Assembly (NCBI GenBank): GCA_950097015.1
Contig: CATNEN010000001.1
Span: 14,942,001-15,006,000 of the forward strand
DNA length: 64,000 bases
Origin: Macrostomum hystrix
Lineage: Eukaryota > Animalia > Platyhelminthes
Reading direction: 5' to 3'
Positions 13,121-25,200 of this stretch are shown here, piece after piece. Each line of letters starts with the position of its first letter. Position 1 is the first letter of the stretch. The notes below the pieces were generated by a model that was given only the letters and a program-made list of their open reading frames with translations, had not been told where the DNA came from and searched no databases. The position numbers were made by a program, and so were the translations under genes.

Positions 13121-13665
13121 CATTTCGTTGTCACTTTCCTCTCCTAACCAACAATTCTCCATTTCTATCTCCATAGCAACTGTTCATCTCAGCTGCTAAA
13201 TAATACTATTAGAAATCTGCTAGAGAAAAGCCCGCCTTCACCACCTGTCTCTAGTGGGAATCAGAAATTCAATAATTAAAAGCAGGCAATTCATTTAAGT
13301 GAAGCAGGTGAGACGTGGAAAACAAGTAGAGGCCCTTTCCTTTCCTTTTGTTAGAGAAAAACACAGCGTCAGCCCTGAGTGCAAATCCTCATTGCTGGGG
13401 CGCAGGTAGAAAGAATTGTGCTATTGCCAAAAAATCCCGTCAGTACATCAGCGAGAGCGCCCGCTGAGTTGTCATTGTCTCCGAGCAGTGTTGCAAGGCT
13501 TTCTATGATTAGGTTCTACAACTAAAAGCAACGGCATTGCCATTGGTTGCTGAGCTTATTAAAGCAATTCTGCTGCACCAAAACTGTCAGCTTGAGACAA
13601 CTCAAAGCTATCCGCCTTAAATTCAAGGATAGTCATTTTATAGTGCAAAGTTGCCCACTGCAGAC

Positions 13666-14894
13666 ATGACAGAAAAACTGGCATCAATAATTTAGTAAGA
13701 CTTTGCTCGTACGGATTTAATAAGGAAACTGTGTTTATTAGTGTTTATAATTTTTTTTCTTTTTTTAGCTTCAATTCGACGGTTGGATTTCAGTCCAATC
13801 GACAGTCGAACGCAACAACTGCATTACCTCAGAAGCTGCAGCAGCAAAAGCAGCAACAGCAACAGCAGCAGCAGCAGCAGCAGCAGCTGCAGCGGTTCAA
13901 CCAAAGGCGCCACTTCGGAGTGTCCAAGCAGGTGTACAACTCTGGCAGCGGTAGCCAGCAGCCGCAGTCGCATCGAGGCAGCTTGTCGGAGACCATGCGA
14001 ATCTTTGAGCGCAGCCAGCAGCAGCATCTGCAGAGTCGGAAGCAGACAACGCAGCCAGCAGCCACGCCTTCCACTGGCGCCCTGCCACCGCTGGAGACAG
14101 CGGCTCGACGCTCGAATGCATCGTCGAGTCAGAAGCCGGGGCTAGAGGCGACGAACAATGCAGAGCCACAGACGACAGCTGGCAGTGGTCTCGATGCGAA
14201 TCAGAATTACCTGCCAATCATCACTACCAGCAGGTCCGACGGCGGAGCAAAACTCAACGGTCGGCAGCAGCCAACGCTGACAGCAGCGTTAGCGGCGGCT
14301 TCAACGGCTCCCCCATTGTCAAGTGGCGCTAAGGACGCCAAGTCAGACACGGGAGCCGAGCCGCCAACGGTGCGTCCTGGTAACAACACGGGTAGTCAGC
14401 AGCCGCTACCGCCACCTCTGCAACCGCCGCCAGCACTGTTGCCCTCTTCCAAGGTGCAACAACAGTTGAAACACCAGCAGCAGCAGCAGCAGCAGCAACA
14501 GTTGAGCAGCAGAAAAAGTGCCAACGCTAGAAGACGTCGAGTGAAAGGTGTCGGCGGAGCTGGAAGGAAAGGAGCGGAAGCGCCGTTGTCAGTCAAGACC
14601 AAGCCGATACCCATCGTGTACTTCAGCCCGGAGAACGGCTCAGTCCGGTCTGGCCGCCTCGACGATGTGGACTCTCGCAGCTGCGACATGCGCGATCCAA
14701 ACGCAACGATAGCATACAGCAGCGTGCTGGAGTACATCCGGGACAATCAGCTGATGAGCAGCCGCAAGGCCAAGCTTATTTGGGCTTGGATCAGGGACCT
14801 GGATGCGGTCAGCTCGAAGGGGTTGTTCGTCTACGACCCGAATCTTCGCTGGTACTCGCTGCCCGGAGACCTGGTCGGTGGCGCTGACGCTTGA
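13666..14894 (+). CDS. Uncharacterised Q/P/S-rich protein with a short ordered C-terminal region (2 exons)
   Basis: Exon 13666-13694 (ATG...TA|gtaag) splices in phase to 13769-14894 (ttttag|C). Long GC-rich open frame ending ..YSSVLEYIRDNQLMSSRKAKLIWAWIRDLD.. Confidence 0.7.
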
Positions 14895-15676
14895 CTGATT
14901 TCAGTGCCTCTTTTTTTGCTGGCATTTTCGATACATATCGGGAGATGCGCGTATAAAAATCAATCGCATATGGCGATTCATCAAACTGAGCATCAGCAAG
15001 GGTTACTAGCTGCAAGTATAACTACTAAAATCGGGTCCACCAACGACACCGCCTTCACATGCCATCGGAAAGTGAAGAAACTCAAATCAGCTCAAGATTG
15101 CAGGATTCGAACCAATGACCTCTCTGAGTCGATCGAAGCGAATTACTGATTTATATAGTTTACAATCTAAAGAAACTAAGCCTCTATCTTAAATGCATTT
15201 AAGCCTTTGTGTACTGATGATATTTACTGCTTGCTAATTTCTTTTCTGCCAAAAGTCGCTTTATGTGTTGCAGTACGTTAGCTAGAAAGTATTTTTTAAG
15301 CCTGAAATCGGTCGATAATAATTTTTTCCAAATCTCAGTTAATAACCATTTTTTTACTTTTTGTCAGTTGCTTCTGCTCAGTTACTTTTGCAACTCTTTG
15401 AAACATTGCAAAGGCCTACTTTAGTATGATTGTGCAGTAGATAAATGAATTTGTGATTGTATCAGTACAGCATTGTCATTTGTCTTAATCATTGTGTGAA
15501 TATGCCTAAATGGACTTGTTCTATTTTTATAATCATAATTCCTAAATGAATAATTTATTTTTAGCAATAATTGCTAATACAAGCTGTATCTCGGTTTAAA
15601 AGACTATGCATTTTATTAGTTCCATTATTAATCTAATATGACAGCTTTTTAGATGACATGTTGTAGCTTGTAGAAG

Positions 15677-15815
15677 GGGTGATGGTCACTTCATCAACTA
15701 GCCATTTCGTCAACTCGGTTGACGAAATGACCAAAATGCGTGGGCGGCCTTACTGGCGGTTGACGAAGTGACCAACATGTTTGGGCCCTATCAGTTGACG
15801 AAGTGACTACGACCC
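15677..15815. mobile_element. MITE (GG..CC termini, 8-bp TSD tgtagaag)
   Basis: Imperfect TIRs gggtgatggtcacttcatcaact / agttgacgaagtgactacgaccc; exact TSD at 15669-15676 and 15816-15823. Confidence 0.8.
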
Positions 15816-15844
15816 TGTAGAAGCTTGTAGACGTGCTTCCAAGC

Positions 15845-15993
15845 CGTGTACACTTTCACTGTGCCTTAGAGGTTGGTCCTCAAGCCCCCAAGACTGCCCT
15901 CCGTAGCTGCGCCCCAAATATTTATTGTGGCCTCGTCGCGGAGTCGAGTTCAGGGACTTAGATGCGTTAGACCGCTCTGCCACTCACCCTCAG
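15845..15993 (-). mobile_element. Partial copy (5' half) of SINE family A
   Basis: gcgttagaccgctctgccac and ctgcgccccaaat are shared with the 18421-18720 element. Confidence 0.75.
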
Positions 15994-16479
15994 GGTATTA
16001 GCGTTGGCTTCGGTATTGGTTTCTTTGTGTTCAGTCCACTATCGAACAGCGTCTGTTAGTTTTTCAATCACACTCTGTACAACAATCCGACGTCGACCCG
16101 ACTTTCCCGACGTCACAGGGGCCCAGCGACGTCATTGGCAAATGGACGTCGGTGCAATTTAAAAGTTAATTTCCATTTGCCATCGACGTCGCTGGACTTC
16201 GGAAAATGTGCCGAAGTGGAACTGTTGTACGGGCACCAAGCGCGCACAACGAACATGCAAAGCAGCTAAATCAAAAACTCTTCATTCGCACCATTCGAGT
16301 ACTGGTCTACAATGCTAACAAACCACCCGTGCGTAGAGTGACTCAAATGCCCCTTTTATGTAATTACAAGAGAACCCTCAAAATGGTGTACTTTAAAATC
16401 TAAGAAATACCTATTTGGGAGAATTATTCAAAATGGGATTTCCGAAAGGAATCGGTGCGCAATCAAGCCGTGACGTCAT

Positions 16480-19400
16480 TTAATGCCCCCGCATCAGCAT
16501 GAGAATCCGGATCACGATGGCGCTCCAGCCGCCCTTGTGCGCCGCGCCGTGGCCTCGACCAGTGTCTCCGTCGAATGTCTCATAGAGCAATAGGCCAGAC
16601 TTTGAGTCCGATCCGGTGCTCGGTATTATCCCTGCCAATCACGAGACACGAGACAGTGAGAAGCTCAATTGAGCAATAGAAGATCAACAGTTCGCAAATT
16701 CTTATTACGAAGCCTTACCGCTTGAGTTGGGGACGAACAGTGACACGTTTCGGCACGCTAAATCGTGCACAATGTCATTCAACCGTTTGAACCGACCAGA
16801 GTACGTTGGGTATTCAATCAAGTCGAGTTTCTTGTCCAGCACGTTCGACCATTTGTTTAGCGCTTCCAACATGAGGTAGTTGTAGGGCAGGTTGATGCCT
16901 CCATACCAGTTGGTGTTGCCACCATAGGATGAGCTGATGGACCCACCTGGGCAGAACTCCTGAACTAGGGTGTCGCGCTTCCCAGACAGCTTGACGGTGG
17001 CCTTGTTGCAGTTGTGCATGAGCGACATGGTTCGAATGCCGTACAGTGACAAAAACTGTACTTCGCTTAACACCTGTGAGAAGGCGAAGTGAGAAGGCTC
17101 ATCGCAAAAAGCTGACTGTGTTTTGCATCGAGTATGCAATTTAGTTACCTGTTCCAGCATCTCGGACAGCTCAATGGAACTGATGACGCTGACGAACAGT
17201 CGCTGTTCTTCAGATTCGGTGTAGATATAAGGCGCTTTGGTCTCCCAGTCGATCAGTATGTTGGAGTGAATTTCAAACAAATCCTTGAGTGATTCGCCAT
17301 TGCTGAATTTGACATTGGGCAGACTGCAGCAGCAGATGGCTGGCAGGTAGCAGTAGGCGTGCAGCCAGGGACAGAATTGTTTTTCAGTTTCATGCAACTT
17401 GACAGACATATTTTTGGACGCTGCTCTCGGCGCTGAAGCAACGTCATCGAAAGTATCACTACAGACGGTGTGGCTTCGGTCAACTGGTTTGAATCTATCG
17501 CGGCTCAAAGTACTGACGCTCCACCTCATACTTTTTCGTTCCGAATTTAATTTTTCGCTTTCGCTACCTAGACGGTCGGCCGATGCAGAGCTGGTTCTAA
17601 CCTCGGCGACATCCAGCCATTTTGGTTGGTAGAGTCCTTTAACCTGAGCCAAGCAGCGAACAAAGACTGCGCACAGGCGACCCAAGTTGCCAATCAGTTC
17701 AGGCAGATCGTTTACTATCTTTGGCCCAAGTTCGTTTCCTGGCGTTGAATAGATCGTCAAGGACAGCTCCAAGAATCTCTAAAATTTATTTGAAATTAAA
17801 ATTAATTAAAATGAAGTTAAAATGCATTTAACTATCAATCTCTGGAGGTTAGAAATGTATTGTTCTAGCTCGTTTAGTCAAATAATTATTTATAACTACA
17901 ATTTTAATAATTATTTGATTATTAAAATTGATTACAAATCAATTTTGATTACACCTGCCCCAATTGGGCCAGATGTGCAGCCAACAGCACAGCAGCAGCG
18001 CATCTGAAGGCTGCGTACGGCTGTTCAGTCCATGGACTGAATGAGCTGAGTGAACTGAAGCAATGCAGAGTTAAGTGTACGAAATAGAAGTATTGTGGAT
18101 CATGAGATTAATAATCTATAGGATATTAAGGTATCTTGAATAATAAAAAAGTATTCTCAACACTTTACTCACCATCAAAAAGAAGATGGCCCAGATGATT
18201 CCTTCCCCAGTCTCCACAGCTTCCCTAGGGAACAGGGACACATAGTCTACTCCGCAGACGCCGCCTTCAATCAGAGCGACACCATTAGCGTCTTTTCGCC
18301 GAAGCCACCAGTAGAGATGACTCTTGACTCGCTTGTAGAGTGCAGCTCCCATTGCCTTTTGCTCTTCAATGCTGCTTTTGCTGTAGATTGGGTTAAATAT
18401 TAACCATTAGAAATAGCACAATCATTTGGTGACACTAGACCCGCAGCCAGCGAGGAGACCATTCTGCCCCGTTCCGCTGTCTCCGGAGCACACGCTCACA
18501 TAGGTGTGTACATCTGCTGCGACTTTCTCATTGTCAGGTAGTGTACACTCTAACTGTGCCTTGAAGATTCGCCCTCAAGGACGTAAATTTCACGACATCC
18601 CACCCAAGCCTTCTCTCCGCGGCTGCGCCCCAAATGAATGTGACCTCGTCGCGGATTCGAGCTCAAGAACCTTGGTGCGAGAGGCAAACGCGTTAGACCG
18701 CTCTGCCACCGACCCCCCAAGTGCGAGTAGATAAGTGCGAGTTGCCTTATAGTATAGGCAAGATCCTATCGCTGTTACTAGCAGGTAACAAAACAGAAAA
18801 GCTACATTCTCAAAATCAATTTTAACGAATGCGTTTCGCAGGCAGCAGCTTACCTGTACACGTCGATAGCAGCTAGAACAAGCAGCGGTGGAGTGACGCC
18901 CTCCGGTCTGTACTCGTCGTTGTACATGGAGCCATCCTCGCGAATGAGAGCCAACAGCAGTTGCAGCTCCTGTTGGGCTTGCCTTAGATCGAAGCAGCTC
19001 AGACAGAGGCAGTGCAGAGCCGTGTCCCAGGTGGCCAGGTATGGCTGTTCCCATTTGTCTGGCACCGTCACTACATAGCTTGGCAGCTCGCCCAGACTGA
19101 TGGTAGAACTGCGCCACAGGTGCGGCATTCTGTCCAATGGATAGTACTGTCGGTTCCACAACAAGTTGGTGATGGCCGCATTGATTATGTCCTGCTCAAC
19201 TGGCACTAGGGTGGACGGCAGTGACTGGTACGCGTCAACAAGATTCTGCAGGCGAACCATTTTCATGCTTTTCTTGAGTCCACGCCAGTCGATGCCGACC
19301 GATGCTCCTAGACGCCGAGGCAAGAGAAAGCAGCGAATTCGGACCTGCTGCTTCGGCGCCAGTTGCAGGCGATAGCAGAGGCCAACTTTGGTGGCTCGCA

Positions 19401-20473
19401 GGCCGCCAACAGTTGGCAGCAAGCCGGAGCTGTCACCGTGAACAATGTACCGATGGAATGCATCCTTTGAAGGAGTCGGTGAAGAGCCGTTGGACGCTGC
19501 CTTATTTGGCGAGGACGTCACATTTTCTGTGAGAAGAATTTCTGGTTGACCAGTATCCGTGTCGAAATAATAGCCGAGATGGGATTCGCTCTGGTCTGAA
19601 GTGAGGATTGCGAAAATTTAATTTTAGCTCCTTCATGTGCTAAGAATTAAGTCTCCCATAGTGTGGCTATAACTATTGTGCCAAATTTATCAAAAATTAA
19701 AAACCTGAACACGCACCCACAGAATTTTTGAAGCAGACAACCAGACAATTATCTTTAATTTTGATCACTCTGTCGATTTCGAGCTCGTCCCCTGTCTGGC
19801 CTGGCGACCAGGTATTCCGTAGAAACAGCATCGGCATGGCAACTAGACGAGCCGCTTCCAACGAGCAATTAGTGATGCTCACTTGAAAGTACAGTCTCTC
19901 CGGAGTCTGTTTGCTCATCTCGAACTCGATTTCAAAGTACTTCTGAGCCCGGTGCCAGTCATTGAACTCGGTCAGAGAGACTGCGGCGTTGCGTACGGGG
20001 CTGTATCTCGCGACCTCATCAGTACTCAGCGGTGTCTCCATCTGCGACAAATATTTGTAGGGATACTCGGTTTGCGGGTACAGATAGTTCGCGCTGATGT
20101 ATCTGTACTGCGGATCGGCCGCCTTGAATGAGTAGACCTCCTTGACGTCTTCTCCGTGTGCGCCTTGCCTGTTAGCTAGTCCGTAGAATCGCTCCTTCAA
20201 GTGGTCGTCGCGATAGTTCCAGAAGGCGTATGAGTGGCAAACTCGGCAGCCGCTGTCGCTGACACCGAAGATGCCATCCTCACAGTAGCGATAGGCGGTG
20301 CTCGCCGCTTGCTCGTACGGAAATGTGGTCCAGTTGGAGCCCTCTGTGCCGCCGGTCTCTCTGACGGTGCCCCACTCTCGAAGGCTCATGTAAGGTCCCC
20401 AGAACTGCCAGCGTTTATCATCGCCCGGAGGCGATTCGGCTGACTGATCGATGTCACTACCGTTCAGCTTCAT
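16480..20473 (-). CDS. Glycoside hydrolase family 63 / MGH1-like (YMR196W-like) glucosidase, 5 exons
   Basis: Exons 19717-20473, 18854-19595, 18173-18380, 16719-17778, 16480-16631 join in phase. Motifs WGPYMSLREWGTVRE, LKERFYGL..G.HGEDVKE, PDKWEQP..ATWDTALH, YGIRTMS, GGNTNWYGGI..P.NYLMLEAL, YETFDGDTGRGHGAAH.GGWSA. Confidence 0.88.
17935..18078 (-). mobile_element. Truncated copy of SINE family B
   Basis: Reverse complement of the 3' part of 51805-52120 (gattacacctgcccc..cagtccatggactg..tgaactgaagcaatgcagagttaagt). Confidence 0.8.
18421..18720 (-). mobile_element. tRNA-derived SINE family A, near full-length, intronic
   Basis: Minus-strand head ggggtcggtggcagagcggtctaacgcg...gagctcgaatcc (A/B-box like); at least five other partial copies in the window. 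Confidence 0.8.
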
Positions 20474-20837
20474 TCTGGTAGTGACGGACAGCAGCGAGTA
20501 GCCTCGAAATAGATTCTTAGAGTCCTATTTTATATTCACGATTTCATGTGCAATTATTTATGGTAATATACCTTTTAACAATTTTTGGACATAAATAAAG
20601 TTTATTTAGTCCTTGGCCAGCTCAGTCCTAGAAAAGTGATTTAGTCAGCACTCGGGGGTTTACCGTAGACAATAGTAAAGAAATGATATCGATTTAGTCA
20701 AGTCCCTCTAAATCTGTCTTTTGTAACTTTTATTAGGTCAAAGTGGATTTTATTTAGTCTTTATAGCCATGAGACGAAAGCTTAAACAAGAACAACACAA
20801 ACCAAAAACTTTATGTCACGACACTTCCCTTTTCAAT

Positions 20838-21310
20838 TTAATCAACAATGTCTTCCATGGCAATGCAGCGGGGTATGTACCGAAGGCTCTCACGATGCCA
20901 GGCTTCGCAGTGAGGCTGTGTGACAGCTGCCATACTCGCCTCCAGTTCGCGCTCAAGAATGCGGGGGCGGTGTTCTTGTAGATTGATGCCAAGTGCGTTG
21001 GCAGCGTTCCTGTCGCCTAGCTGCCGCATGTCATTGAGCGTCATGGTGGGTGTTTCACCAACAGATTCAACAGGGCTGTCGAGCATAGCTTCAGTTAAAG
21101 CTTTTGGCTTATTCCCACCTCGTCTCAATGCCGGAACGCGTCCACTTTGTTCGTATTTAACGATAAGATTTCTGGCAGACTGACGTGGAATGTTCAGCTG
21201 TCTCGCTACATGTAGTTGCTGCCAATCGACATTGCCAAAAAGGCGTCGATGAGTCTTCGCCGGTCCTGCTCAATGACTGTAACTCTGCGAATTCCTACAG
21301 CTGCCGCCAT
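20838..21310 (-). pseudogene. Internally deleted Tc1/IS630-like transposase relic
   Basis: Frameshifted HTH-like N-terminus (VARQLNIPRQSARNLIVKYEQSGRVPALRRGGNKPKALT) fused to a C-terminal tail (VTQPHCEAWHRESLRYIPRCIAMEDI). The DDE core is absent; TIRs not identified. Confidence 0.65.
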
Positions 21311-22250
21311 GATCTTATAGTTAATATACTACTAATCCATTCTCTTATAGTTATTCTACTTCTATTTCTACTTCTACTTTCTACTTCTACTTCTACTTCT
21401 ATTCTAGGTGTCCCGCGCTTCATGGACAAAACTTAAACCGAGAAAATTCGGGACTATTAAAAGGAGGTGTTGAATGACTTCGATTTATTGAACGCTATAT
21501 AAATATTATCAGGAAAGAATAAAATAGTGTCCTTTGATAATAAACAGCTTACACTCTACAAACATAGCATTAGAGTAAATCTGAGAAAGTGTTATTAGAA
21601 GCCGATCTCATTTTAAACACCGGGTCAAACGTTTACCGGCTTTACTCCCCAGACGTCAGACGATGTCTTGCATCTTGCACCTATGAGATCAATTCTTAGT
21701 ACTTTAATGTGACTCCCCAGTTGGGTTGTTACTGCCATAAACTAATTTTACGTTACAGTTCTTTCCTCGAAGATTCTTAAGGGCCCCACGCAGACCCATT
21801 CTTTCTTTTCAAACCTCGAGAAATAAAGTGACTAAAAAAGGAACTGACTTAATCATAGTTCGCTACACACCATTATATATATCGAACTTTTAGAAATTAT
21901 TCAAACACAGTACATCCGGCTTATCAAATTTGGGGGTCTATTTAAATAAATAGTTATCACTTTATATTTAATTACAAGTGCTAAATGTAGTGTGTCATCG
22001 CACACAAATCTAAATAAACTTAGCTAATTTGTTCCTGAAACAACACTTTGAAAAAATGTGGCAAAGCAAGCTTAGACAATAACTAAAAATCGGCACTTAA
22101 TTGCTGCTTAGGTTTCGTATTTGTTTTAACTTTTGATGATGCAAAAAGTTTTCAAATCGAAGAAAAATGCTATTTTAATTAAGAAATTACAAAAAATACA
22201 CCACTTAATACGAAGTTTCATTTTGATTTTGGTTATAGAATATCTTTAAA

Positions 22251-25200
22251 ATGATTCTATTGGAAGTTAACAATCAATGTGTTGTCGAGACTTTAATCCC
22301 TAGGATCGAATCCATCAGGCAGGATCCAAAGTAAGTTTTTAAGATTGATTTTCTCACTTCAATTGAGAACTTTTGACCAACTTGTGTCGTATACGATTTA
22401 TTTGTATGCTTTATTTACTCTGGATTATTGTCTAATAGTTAGCTAGCTATTTGAGTAACAGGAAAATTAACTTTGACTAAACAGTTAACCACACAATTAT
22501 TTTGCATGAGAGTATTATATTAGTATTTAAATAGATAATTATATATTGTAATCTCTATTTTAAATGAGCAATGCTTTTTTTCTAAACTAGCTAGAATAAT
22601 ATTTGTAACTAATGATAGATCTTTACATTTCTCTTTATATTTTTTATTACAAATGCAATTCAGTAGCTTGATTTGTTATACCTGGGTTCTTGTCTCTTTG
22701 TTTGCCACCATCTCATATGTAGGCAGACAAGATGACTCATTGATAGGCAAGTGAAAAATAGCCTACTTTGTGCAAATCAGTGAAGGTCAACTTGCTGCTC
22801 AAATATACCAAAACATTTCTTATAAAAATAACATACTGATATCCTATATGTGCTTCATGCCACTATCTATGATGGTAGATACTTGTAAAGTTAGACACAT
22901 GCCATAGTCCGGATCATGTAGTGTATGCCGGAATTTTCCTGCATGCATTTGTTTTCAGCTGGCATGTATGGCGTGCATTGGTATATATTTGGCATGCAAG
23001 GCATGTATGGCGATGGTGTAGTGTGCAATCGTATATTGCATTTAAAAAGAGATCAAATATTTGTTTTATGTATCTGTATGTACAATTACAAATATCAACC
23101 AATTATTTAACAGACTTTGCATAACTAAAACAAAATGTTCTGTTATCTGTAAAAACATTTCCTATCTAAGTTTTGTAAATCAGTCTATAAATACTATAAA
23201 TAAAAAAATTGTTCTGTTTGATATTGCTTTTTGTTGAATACAAAAATGGATGCCAGTTTGTCTCTTTAAAGCAAAAAATGTGTTACATCTTTTTGATCAA
23301 AATTATCTGATGTACCAAATTGGAGTTCACTGGCATGCAATTTAAAAATCTCTGCATCCTTCGCGTGCAAACATTTTTTTCACAATTTTTCTTTTGCATG
23401 CAGCCAACATGATCCGGACTATAGGACATGTACAGTTGTACACTATATACATAAACAATAGGCTAAGTACATATACTTGCAAAAAGGGATCCTAGACACT
23501 TCGTCATCTTACAACTTCGTCATCTTACAACTTCGTCATCCACTTGGAAGGTAGGACACTTCGTCATCCAGCCAATTGGCATGCTTTAAAGTTTGGTCAG
23601 TTCGTCATCTACTAATAACAAATAAGCAATTAAGTTCGTCATCAATAAAGTGAGGGTGGGGTGGTGGGGCAGAGGTGTGAACACACTTCACATCTTAAAA
23701 TGCCAAAAAGAGGTGTCAAAACTGATTTCATTATAAGAGTTGAAAGAAAGGTGCCAACACAATGTGAGGAGGTGGGGAGGGGTGGTTCTGTTCTAACTTT
23801 GAAAACTTTTGTTTTATAGATGACGAAGTGTCCACAAGTCTTAGTCTCTTCGTCATCCACCCTCTGAGATATTGGACAGATCGTCATCTGGATGACAAAG
23901 TTGTAAGATGACAAAGTGTCCAGGTACCGCAAAAAGCAACACCTTTCCCACAAACCAAATTAGAATAAGCTTGCCTAGCATACATATATTTAAACAATCA
24001 ATATGATCTATTATTGTGTGTCCATATAAGCATTGTAGACAAATATTTTAATTGTCCTTACAGCAGACTAGTCTGTATAATGGTTCCCTATGCCATGGTT
24101 ATAGTAGCCAAGGGGTTTGATGTTATAAGTAGGCTCTAACTAGTAATCCTTGTTATATTCCTAAAGTTAAAAATAAAATGGTTTGTGAACATAACCATAA
24201 CAGGTGATGTCAATATGTTAAAGTATAATTAACATATTATAACTATAGACCAGGTTACACAAAGCTGTTGTAAGTTTTTATTATCCTACTTACATAATAG
24301 CTAGCTGTATATATATTTTAACTCTATAGTCTACAGACTCAAAAACTGTACAAAACTCTCCTCTTTCAATTAACAGTTCCAAGCCAGACAGTGTGGACAT
24401 AAAAGTAGCCGACTTTGATGGCGCCATCTATCACATCAGCAATCCTGGACAGGATCGCTTTGTGATTTGGGTTAGTTGATGAAAATTTGTCTAATATATC
24501 CCTTGAATACTACTTGAAACATTTTTAATCAGTAGTAACATAGTGTAGTTTTTAATTGAAGCAACACTTTTACTCGCGCAGGTGAGCATCAGTTTGAAGT
24601 TCTTCAAAGAACTCGAAAGCAATGGCATTCAGGACTTGCTCAAAGCTAAGTATGGTAATTATCTGTTGAGCACAGTGGAGCCTGGCTACAATGTCACTCT
24701 GGAGTACCGCCTAAACGAAATGCCTGATAACTACCGCGATATTGTCCAGCAGGCCTCTCTACTCAAGCGCAACTGTTTCGCCTGCGTGTTTGAGAAATAT
24801 TTTAGCCTGCAGGCGGCCGGAGGCAGCACCCAGCAGAGGGCTGTGATTCACTATCGAGACGACGAGACCATGTGAGTTGAATTGCTCCATGATTTTGGTT
24901 GTTAGTTCTCGAGCTTTGTGGTTGGTCTCATATCTCCACTCTTTTCCTTCTCCTCTCTCTTTACATTATGGCCGTTTATGTTTTCCCTTATAAAACTTTC
25001 TCCCCCTTCTTCAACTTCTTATCTTTATTTCCTCCTCTTATCTTCTCCCCTCTTCTCCTTCTCCTTCTCCCCTCTTCTCCTTCTCCCCTCTTCTCCTTCA
25101 CCCCTCTTCTCCTTCTCCCCTCTTCTCCTTCTCCCCTCTTCTCCTTCTCCCCTCTTCTCCTTCTCCTTCTCCCCTCTTCTCCTTCTCCCCTCTTCTCCTT

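Noticed and set aside
16077-16230. Palindromic gacgtc-rich segment with gtacaaca/tgttgtac ends
   Set aside because: Possibly a small MITE, but the TIR is short and no TSD could be supported.
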